DNA from: Tubiluchus corallicola
Taxonomy: Eukaryota > Animalia > Priapulida
Assembly (NCBI GenBank): GCA_030141605.1
Contig: JAQGDQ010000152.1
Location: 310,001-374,000 of the forward strand
Direction of reading: 5' to 3'
Length of the DNA: 64,000 nt
A program made the translations under genes and the position numbers. Numbering within the stretch: the first letter of the stretch is position 1; each line of letters starts with the position of its first letter. Shown here piece by piece: positions 1-21,800 of this stretch. A model generated the notes under the pieces. The model searched no databases and was not told the origin of the DNA. It saw only the letters and a program-made list of their open reading frames with translations.

Positions 1-172
1 AGACATCCTCTGCTTTTCAGCTATATTGGAATATTAGAAAAGGAATTTTGTATCCAATGCTGCTAATAAGTATAATTTTTGAAATCAGATACCTATACTA
101 AAAATCTAAAAATAAAGAAAATATAAGAAAAAATTAAAAACCAGACAATGCATTTTGCTTGCCCTGACTTGC

Positions 173-11135
<10,963 letters not shown>

Positions 11136-11399
11136 CAACTGCCCAAAATCTGGCAGTGCAAGGCAATGCCAACACACTGTTACCTATAAGAAAAAATATA
11201 ATATCAATTAACAAACATACGTATAGCAGTAATTTAACAATTAGTAATAAAGTAATTTTACAGATCAATTTTGACAACAACGAGTTAAACAAAATTTACT
11301 GATTAAAAAGAATTAATGACCATGCATAATTTTTAAGTAGTAACTGTAATATTACATCAGGCACTTGTTTACAAAAATGCCTTGTGAAAATTTTAAATT

Positions 11400-12004
11400 A
11401 ATGATGCCACCTGGTAGCAATCAGAAAGAAATTCAATGTAGTATCTAACTCAAATCACTAAACGCATCTTATCCGGCTGGCTAACTACTGCCTGAATTCC
11501 AGTAACAATTTAATGTGTGATAAAATACAATTCGATGAAAATTACTTAATATCCTTCACCTATTTTTAGCATGCAAAACGTAATGCTGTATATGCAGACT
11601 GCCATTTTGAATTTATATTCAAGTTTCCACGGTGACGTCACTGATCTGAAGAAAACTGTGCAAGTCACTAGTGACCTTATGCAAACTAGCTGCTTTAAAT
11701 GGCGAAAATTTCATATCTCAAAGTCATGATGCTAAAGGCAAAGAATTACTTCTATAAACTAGGTGATAACTCAGATTGAACCGTGTCAGAAAAAACACAA
11801 CATTTACTGTGACGAAAAATCAATCAAAAACAACCTTCAGGTTCAAGTAAGTTACATCAGTTTTTCAGCATGAAAGCCAAAAAACCTACGTGACTGAAAA
11901 ATTCATCCGAGGCGAAAAGTTTTTTTGCTTTCTTCACGCCACGCGACAAATTCTTAAAACAACAAAGTATTTGCACACTAAGAGGCTAAATTTTTAACGA
12001 AGTG
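11400..12004. promoter_or_regulatory. Bidirectional promoter region MTO1 / RABGEF1
   Basis: Divergent first exons about 400 bp apart. Palindromic CRE GTGACGTCAC at 11632-11641, YY1-like GCCATTTT at 11601-11608 and AAATGGCG at about 11697-11704, CTCF-like ATGCCACCTGGTAG at about 11404-11417. Confidence 0.6.
11560..11605 (-). other. Probable first exon of MTO1 carrying an upstream ATG (MAVCIYSITFCMLKI G|GTGAAG)
   Basis: AAAATGGCAG start context, donor TAG|GTGAAG at 11560/11559, and a downstream acceptor TTTTCTTATAG at 11184-11185. Confidence 0.6.
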
Positions 12005-12309
12005 GTAAGTATTAACGTTCTTTTCAAATTAATGGCACTCCAACAAAGCGTTACACGGCGTTTCACGTTGTTTTCATTGTATAAATACGGGGTATCTTTA
12101 AGTTACTGTGCTCTGGTTATTTTGAAATGAAGATCTTTCATACCAACAATTGGATTCTTGCAAATCTGCAGTTTTTTCATAGTGCTGTAGGTTGTATGTT
12201 TATTTCTCACTTTAGCTATCTCTCACTTTAGCAGTTTAAATTTATTTGTTTTCGTCTAATAGAATAAGAATCATCGTGAATCTTCCAATAATTTTTTACA
12301 CTAATTTTT

Positions 12310-12640
12310 ACATGAAATGCAAAGTACATAAAAAGCGAAATTAATATAATATGTTTATCAAAAATTAAAACAGAACATGAAAAAATTAGGATTCTAAATA
12401 ACAACAGTTTTCAAAGGCAAGATTATGTGTTAAAATGTCGCTAGACGAGATGAGATATAGATGGCTATAAGGTTGAACATGATTGATCTAATAGTAATAG
12501 CAAATTTTAATAACTCGTATAAAGAAAATTTGAAATGTTCATTCTGTCATTTTGCAAATGATACTACAGAACATATGTGTGAAAGTAGGTCATTATACAT
12601 TAATACATATACATTACATATTTATTTGATTAGACCACAC
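12310..12640 (+). mobile_element. Non-LTR retrotransposon ORF2 C-terminal remnant (Zn-knuckle-like)
   Basis: IRLNM...NFNNSYKENLKCSFCHFANDTTEHM resembles the C-x2-C...ETxEH zinc finger after LINE RT domains; in the RABGEF1 5' intron. Confidence 0.5.
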
Positions 12641-12887
12641 TAAGACAAAAAAGTGCTTTGTAGATCGAGTCATTGAACCACACTCGCAGAGCGGAGAATT
12701 AACGTTTCCAATCTTATGAAGGTAGTAGTTAGATTTAGTGCAGCCAGTATGCGACTGAAGGAGCTTTGCAGTCCTATTTTGAATCTTAGCTGCAGTTTGC
12801 AGTGGTCTGCATATCTAATGCCAAACTGTGCTAATACTAGTAATAGCAAATATTTTTTATGTTAGTGGATGAGTTAAGCAATACAGC

Positions 12888-15800
12888 ATGGCAACTGCAT
12901 CAGACTCTTCAGACTACTGGCTATTACCAACTGGTAAGAGAGGTTTCCACATCAATGAATCGGATTTGTTGTGTCGAAACGGATGCGGTTTCTATGGTAA
13001 CCCCCAGTGGCAGGGACTGTGTTCGAAATGCTGGAAGGAGTACCAGAAGACACGATCACCGTCTGAACACCATCATTCACATAGGCATGTATATGTCTGT
13101 AATTTTTAGAACAGAACTCAACAAACCACCAGGTGACAAATTAACATCACTGTAGTAAAGTAAACACTGTACAATGAACAAGAGAAATCCACAGGTTGTT
13201 CTGTATTCTCAATGTTTATCATGGACTAGAAGCTTTCTGTGTTTTGATCTTTGTTAGCTATAACGTTTATAAAAATTAATTAGACAAGTAATAAAAAAAC
13301 AGTGTGGTAAACAGTTCAGTAGAGGTCATCGGTAATTAACTAAGGTACTTGCTAATACATCACATCTTTGTCATTGTAAACAATTAAAAAATTATTTACT
13401 GACATGGTTTATAAGAGGATTTTCAAGATGAGAGAGAATTTGCTCTGAATGTGCTGTAAAAAACAAAAGAAAAAACAATAGTAGCAGCCTCTCCTCAAAT
13501 ATCATAGCACATTGGTGAAGGGGCTTGTCAGTTACAATCAGTCCCTATTATAATTTTCAAGCCCTTGCTAATGTCCATAGTGCAGCACTGGCTTATATTA
13601 GGGAGCTTATAACAGTACGTGATTCAAGAAAGTACAGATTAGGTCTCAGCAAAATATTGCCAAGTTACAAATGTTTCATCACAACAGTCCGTTCAGATTC
13701 TGTCCTCCTTATGTAGTGAAATTCAATTCTGTTTGAAACTAACCTGTACGGTGATTTAGAAAAATTTCATTTCTCGTCAAAACACACCTATTTTTGTAGG
13801 CATATAAATATGCAATTGTTGTGTATTGCGCCATCTTGTGGCCTTCAATAAAACTTGTTGCGCACTGTTATGTTTATTGTCAAACACGTATTCTCTGCTT
13901 TTGAGATGATAGCTTCTTGTGTACTTTAAGCATAAAACACATCCTGCTAAGATTTCGTATGTTCTATAAATGAACTTAAGCTTCATGTTTTATATGAGAG
14001 CACTACTGTGTGTCATGCAATAATTGAGAAAAGAAACCAATGTAGAATTTTATTTTAAATGTTTTGTATTGTTGATAGCAGTTCTACGTCAAAGAAAGGT
14101 AAAGCTGCCACCGGTAGCCCGCTAGCTTTTGGCAAGTTTCAGGAAAAGAAGAGACAACAAGCCGAGAAACGATCCAAAAGCGTTCGATTCATTTTCAAGC
14201 CAAAGAAAACTAAGGAAACTCAAGGTGAGTAATAACCTCCGACTTTGAGTCTAAACGAACCGTTTTAACTGCTATGTGTAAATCAGTTGCCGTAAAACAT
14301 GTGTAATTTAAGTGCTATTCTTTGTCGTTTTGTCATTTCAATCTCCAGATTAAGTTATGTAGTTATGTAACTTTAATAAGCTGAAACCTGCATACTACAC
14401 TGCAATGCAAAATTTCCTTAAGTATTGATCTCAATCTATGTAGCCTTGTATTGTAGTATTGAGCCTTTACAATCTGTGTAGAGAATGATATTAACCAGTT
14501 GAATGTTACAGTCAACCTCGGATATAAGGTACTCGCTTATAAGGGACCACCAACACCGGTCCCGATTTTTCGTAACGTTTTTCCTTATAAAAGTCTTCGG
14601 ATATAAGGGATTTTCGGTTATAAGTGACGATATCTTCAGGTCCCACGTAATAGAAACCCAGGTAAATTACCTCGCATATAAGGGCCCTATGACCAAAGCG
14701 AAATTGAACAATTTTTAATCTCAATTTTTCGCAACTTCAGCCTTCGAACAGCTCGGATCTCGCATCACTGAAGGAGTTTCCTAAATACCGTTTGCACTGA
14801 ATGTGTAGCAATAATCCATAAAAATATGGGCAAAAGTACAGAAAAGTACAGGTCTACATACCCCCTCGGTCTGACTCAACTTTGGCTATAAGGGACGGTT
14901 TTTTCCAGTCCCAAGGTGGCCTTTATACAGTATTTTGAAACATGTCTTCTAACAGTATTTTAAAACATGTTATTTATCTACATGTGCATGTTTTATATGC
15001 ACTAAAATTTCGGCCCGTTGCAGTGGATTTTTTTGTACTCTTAATATGACTATGGCACCTGTGTAAGTATTCTGTTAACTAATACATCTCTTTTTAGTAT
15101 TTGAAAATAACAAGTTATGTCTTCAGAATTACTTTTATTAGTAACACCATGTATTTTTGACTTAAGACAATGTCTTCAAACTAAAATAAAGCATAATTTA
15201 AATTAAATTATTATTTTTCCATTATATTTGACCATTTAAAATTTTGAAAATCATAAAATTATAAGACTGTGATTTCAGTTTAATTTATATCTTCATATCT
15301 CATCTCTGTAGCATGCTTGCAATTTTCTGTCCACGCTAACTTTTCCCTCGCTACTTCGCGGACTCGCTGTTTCACGGGTTTTCAAAAATATTAATGTAAA
15401 ATAGTTATCGCTGTATTTTCGTTGTTTCGCGGGTTTTTGCGGTACTTCGTCTAAAGTATTTTTGCAGATGCGTAGTACGTATTGTACAATAATGTATAGA
15501 TTTGATGAATTTTGCATAAAAAAAATCGCAAAATGTATAAAAATATATTAAAAATATTAATTCTAACATTAAAAGGCTCAGGTACCTGATTGGTTCAGGT
15601 ACCATGCAGTTTGTTTTCTTTCGCTGTGCGCAGCTACCCCCTCTCAGCTTTTCCATTTCATGTTAGCATCCTAATGTCGCGTGTGCGTAGTTTTCATCTG
15701 CGGTGAACATTTAAGTAAAGTTTTTTAAACAGTTCATGTACAGTATGGGAAAAGTTATTAGAGAAATTGGAAAGGGTGTTGTATAAGAGTGTCGGGAGAG

Positions 15801-18800
15801 TTTATAAAGACTTAAAATAACTACTGTATCACTACTAAAATAAGTATAGCGTCCCTACTTCGCGGAAATTCACTTATCGCGGGTGGGCCTGGAACGGAAC
15901 AACCTTGATAGGAGAGAAAACACTGTATCTGTCCACTCTAAAATATACACTTAACTTTTGATATAGTGATATCCATTAGATTTGTGTGCCTTTGTATCAA
16001 ATGCATTCCTACTCGTGTATCATCAGCATGTGTGAATCTTTTTTCTTGGATTTGTGGCTGTAATTCCAGTTTTTGGCTAGAGAGATTAAACTTTCGGTTG
16101 CATTTTGGGATATGAATTCTGAAAAGTTAATGGCATGTTCTATTCTTTGTACCATTTAAATCGTGCTATTGTTTCCGTTCATTTTTTACAGAACAGCCTG
16201 CTCCACCTGCTGGTATTAAACCAAAACATCGGCAGCCAAGTTTTGAGACGCAGCAAATCGGAAAGGATTTTGCCGAGTTTTTGAAAAGTTTGAAAAAGGC
16301 GGCTGCCATGGATGTGTCCAAACAGATAAATGCCTTCTGTGATCGAGTATCCCAGAATCCCGACATGCCAATTGATGAAATGTCAGAAATGGTACAGGAT
16401 TTCTACCAAACAATGGCAGAGAGGCTGCAAACGCATCCCGCATTCCAGAGTAAGACACTGTGCTGCCAAAATTTGTAAAAAAATTCTTAAAATCTAATTA
16501 TTTGTTACAATCACAATTGTTTTAACATGCATTTCTTAAAATCAATATGCACATCTAAGATAAAAACCCTTTAATTATATAAAGCAAAAAAATCGTCCTG
16601 AGATTTTGTATCACTTGGATATTATCTTATTGCATAGAGAGCTTGTGTTAGGAGCAGCATTGTCTAAAACTTGATGATTTAAACACCTGCGATGACAGCT
16701 AAGTGTAGCCATTTTGGCAGTAAATTGTTTAGATAACACTGCTTAAAGTTTGAAAAAATAATCAGTACATTCGTAGCATATCTTCACTAACTAAGCAAAC
16801 GTATAAATTACTGTATCTTGTTAATAAGCTTGAAAATACTTTTTTTGTGAGTCAGTGGTGCACACTGAAAAGGTGAGTCAGTGACATTTTAACAGATGGT
16901 GCAGATATTTAAATTACGAAGATTTTTCTTTTTCTAGTTACATAAGCCTATCAAGCAGCTAAGTGTAATGCTAAGTTATGTAACTTTGTTATGGAAAGCT
17001 TTTGCAGACAATGTTTAAAATTGACTTTTCGTCTCCTTTAAAGGAAGACCGGACGTTTGTTTAGACTCAATCTCATTTTAATTTACTATCCAAAATATAC
17101 ATTTTCTTGCTTATAAAAGTTAACAATTGTTCCTTATATCTGAATAATTAGCTTAGAAAGTTAAATAACGGTAACCGAACACAGCTTTTGCTTACGTCAG
17201 AAACTAACCACAGCTTGTGCAACGGCAGGCGCCTTCCCTTGCACGTCAAGCACATTTGCATAAGTGTTACAGTACTGTTTAAATGCATCATGTCACAAAA
17301 AATGGGCTCTACATCATATGACGTCATGAAACTAACACAGCAGTTCATGATCATGGTTATCACGGTACCACCTTCTATTTGTCAGCCACGTGCATGTAAC
17401 AAAAAGGCGCCGCTGCCAATCTTAGTAGATTCACTGAGCCGCGCGTAGCTTTGAAAGCTTAACGAAATTTGAGTATCCGCAGTAATTATTATTTAAGTTT
17501 TGATTTAGAAAAAGCTTTTGTAGTATTCAATACTTTAGAGCATTCTTTATTCTGAACTAATGTTTGCGCAATCATCCGGTTTTCCTTTAATAATTCTGCA
17601 AACTTTACAAAACTCTAATTAAATAACCCACTTGCAATATTTTGCTCTTCTAGGTTCTACAGAAGAACAAATCACCCAGCTGATGGATTTTATAGAAAAG
17701 TACTTAACGACTCGCTTGTACAGGGTCATGTTTTGTCCGCTGACGACCCAGGACGAGGAGAGAGATTTACAGATACAGAACCGGATACGGAGTTTGAACT
17801 GGATCACGGCTACCATGATGGATGCGGCGATTAACGAGAGAGACACAAGAATTCGAGAAAAGATTGATCAGGCTATTCAAGGTAGGCAAGCTAGTTGTAG
17901 GCACTGAGACGTTAGTTCATAAGCTAGCCTGCATCACTTTGAGGTTTGAGTAAAAGTTTATATAAACTAAAACTTACTGTACAAACATTGTTGCTCTACT
18001 ATACAAACATTGTTGCTCAATCGATGCATTTCTTTTACTGCATGAGTGCTATGATATGATATGTGTTACGATATGCATGAGTCACCTTGTTTTTTGACGT
18101 CTTTCTCATCTGGTGTCAGAAAAAACGGAAACAATACTTTGCAATTTTATATTTTTCGATTTAAAAAGCTCAACTTTTAGAATTGCCTGGGAACTACAAA
18201 AAACGTTGCATGTGTAATAAAACAGTGTCATACAGCCCCTAGTCGGGACTGTTTACTTGTTTAACCAGTTTTAGTTGCTTAATCTCTGTAGGTTTATCTA
18301 CACGTAGTAGTGACTGAACAACATTGTAACTTGTTTGTATCAAAGTGTATTCAGAGAATTATGAAAAAGCATTTTTGTGGATGTTTTCAATTGTTGAACT
18401 GCTGATTTATTAGGTAGTTGTTACAAAATTCCTTGGGAATTGCAAGACTTCTGATCCGTAATCCACTCACTTTCATTCATTTTTTACTGGAATCAGAATC
18501 CACTCACTTTCATTCATTTTTTACAAGTCAGTGTTATTTGACTGGAAATCGGGTTAATAATATGCATAAACATTAACATTAATTTAGTTTGAGCCTCATT
18601 GATACAAGCCTAAGTTAGCGTACAAGAGATTTGTAACGAAATGTATAAAACTGAATTATCTTACAGTATGCTTTTTGATCATCTGTATTGGCTGAAACTG
18701 TATTTGGCAATAAACTCAGTTTTTTGCTTATGGGAAGGTTGATGAATTGAATACTAAAAAGTCCCAGAAACTAGGAAAAAAAGAAATTCTTACTTATAAT

Positions 18801-21800
18801 GTATGTATGTATTATTATCACTTCAGGTAACACTCGATGAAGAACGTTAACACTTTTGAATAATTTTGATAACTCTACATTTCAGATATTATTGAGATGG
18901 ATTCCAAGAGGGCGCCACAAGACAAGCTCACGTGTATAGTACGATGCAGTAAACAAGTTTTTGAAGTGTTGAAGGAGTCACTAGGGGGACCGGCTAGCGC
19001 TGATGATTTTTTACCAGCTCTTATATACATTGTACTCAAGGCAAATCCGCCTATGCTACAGTCTAACATACAGTATATAACTCGGTTTAGTAATCCCAGT
19101 AAACTACAGACTGGGGAAGCTGGGTATTACTTTACTAACTTGGTAAGAATTTATAACTAGAGGCTGAAGTTGAGTCAGTTGCTACTACATCGGCTGACTC
19201 ACACAGTAAATCAGCTAGCTCTGCTGAGGTTGAGTCAGTTGCTACTACATCAGCTGACTCACACAGTAAATCAGCTAACTCTGCTGAATTTGAGTCAGTT
19301 GCTACTACATCAGCTGACTCGCACAGTAAATCAGCTAGCTCGGCTGAAGTTGAGTCAGTTGCTACTACATTAGCTGACTCACACAGTAAATCAGCTAGCT
19401 CTGCTGAAGTTGAGTCAGTTGCTACTACATCAGCTGACTCTCACAGTAAATCAGCTAGCTCGGCTGAAGTTGAGTCAGTTGCTACTACATATGCTGCCTC
19501 GCACCGTAAATCAGCTAGCTCGGCTGAAGTTGAGTCAGTTGCTACTACATCAGCTGACTCACACAGTAAATCAGCTAGCTCGGCTGAAGTTGAGTCAGTT
19601 GCTACTACATCAGCTGACTTACACAGTAAATCAGCTAGCTCGGGTGAGGTTGAGTCAGTTGCTACTACATCAGCTGACTCACACAGTAAATCAGCTAGCT
19701 CTGCTGAAGTTGAGTCAGCTGCTACTACATCAGCTGACTCACACCGTAAATCAGCTAGCTCGGCTGAGGTTGAGTCAGCTGCTACTACATCAGCTGACTC
19801 ACACAGTAAATCAGCTAGCTCTGCTGAAGTTGAGTCAGTTGCTACTACATCAGCTGACTCTCACAGTAAATCAGCTAGCTCAGCTGAAGTTGAGTCAGTT
19901 GCTACTACATCAGCTGACTCACACAGTAAATCAGCTAGCTCTGCTGAAGTTGAGTCAGTTGCTACTACATCAGCTGACTCACACAGTAAATCAGCTAGCT
20001 CGGCTGAAGTTGAGTCAGTTGCTACTACATCCGCTGACTCACACAGTAAATCAGCTAGCTCGGTTGAAGTTGAATGATTTTTCAGCTGAGTTGGCTTAAA
20101 GAAAAAATCAGCTAAGTCGGCTAAAGCTACAAATTTTTGTTAACTATATAAATGATAAATTGTTAAATATGGATACAACTTTTTTAAATAATTCGCCTGT
20201 TGCTTATTCACAGAAAAAAGCAAATATTTGACTAGCTTTCTGGTTTAAAAATTTCTAAAGTTTAATATATCTGCCAGCACACATACAACCTGACCGTGAA
20301 TCCGCAATGGTTTGTCATACTTCAACCAGTGATTTGCAGTGACACGTGGTTATCACAAGAGCGAAAATCTTGAAACAGCACGCAATAGACACAATTTAGC
20401 TGTGATTTCTGTGAACAATTTTTAAACAAATTATTAGTGTTTTTACTAATCAAGTAAGATACGTGATCTTTGTAAGACGGCTTTTTATTAGTGGTTTAAA
20501 AATTTGTTCGACAACTAAAGTCGAATTCGGATTCGAAATCTTGATATTCGTTTGTTTTCGATTTCGAAAGTCACTAATTCGATTAGATTCAAATTTGCCT
20601 TCTGATAGAGATTGCTCACATCCCCCCCCGTGACTAGTAATCATGAAAAATATTGTTGCCATTGTTATGATTATCATCATCTCTTATATTAATATTCTTG
20701 GTATATTTATATATATATATATATATATATAAGATTCGAGGCTACAGCCCGGACGAGGCCACCATTTGCGGCGATCTATACATCAAACGAAAGGTCTCGA
20801 TCTAGTGTCGTGACATTGATGGTTTATTTTTCGAATTGGGCCCACCGGAAGGAAGGGGGGCAAAAAACCTTCAAAAATGGCCCTTTTTTGCAAAACTTAT
20901 ACCTCTTATTTCTGAAGAACTGGAACGGGCCGAGGGTGGTGCTGGGTATGGATAGATAGCCCGTTTATCCGTGGGTGTAGTAGGCATATTTAGAATTCCC
21001 GAGAGGGCCACGGCGTCCCGTAACGGGCGTTTTCCCGGACCCAACTCACGATTTTTTCGAAATTTTGACCAAACAGCCTGCGGAAAAAACGTTCTAGTGG
21101 CGCCTGGTGGGACTCTCGGAAAGAGATATATAGCTCTTTACAAAGAGGAAGGACAGGGCTACACGATGGTGTGGGCTATATGTTAGGACAGGTCCACCGA
21201 GAGGAGTATCGACGAGTTAATTAGGTGTTCAATTTTCCTTTGCTAGTTATTATTATTAAATTGATTATTACATGCTAGTGTTTTGCTGCTGCACTAAGAA
21301 TGCTAATTAAACTTGCAAACAATTACTTTGTTTTTTATTAAAATTTTAAATTCAGGCATCAGTTGTATACGGCATGCCACCATTTATGTTTTCGCAGTGG
21401 TCTTTTTCCCAAATGTTGACAATTACTTGCAGTAATCGCTTTTCATATACTTCTCCGGGACATTCATACATGTAGAACAGCTGCTTTTAAATCCCGCTTT
21501 CCCCGGGCTTCTTACCTATGGAATTCTGTACCAGGAAATTGTGTTGCTGAAAACTGCTACCTCTCCTGATTCATGAAAAACATAAACATCTTCTGTCACT
21601 AATAAATTAGTTATATGATTTCTGTTTCACTGGGCAGTAGGGGTGAGCGTTCTTTGCCAGGAAGTGAATTCAAATCAAATCAAACTTGCGACTTAACAAC
21701 TCAAATTAAACATAATTTTTGCATTTTTGAATTTGAATTAAGTTTTGTAGATTTTCGAATCACTAATAGAAAGTGGTCTCACAAAGATAATGCATATTGT

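Noticed and set aside
1-100. Possible next MTO1 exon after TAG at about 93
   Set aside because: The translation does not resemble the expected MTO1 continuation; the exon is probably outside the window.
18460-18524. Short direct duplication AATCCACTCACTTTCATTCATTTTT; a similar 27-bp doublet at about 27102-27155
   Set aside because: Ordinary slippage or repair duplications with no functional cue.
19170-20099. Leu/Gln-rich ORFs ([20 protein letters not shown]) from the ORF track
   Set aside because: This frame is cut off from the RABGEF1 exon by TAG 19158 and interrupted by TAG 19371; starts are TTG only.
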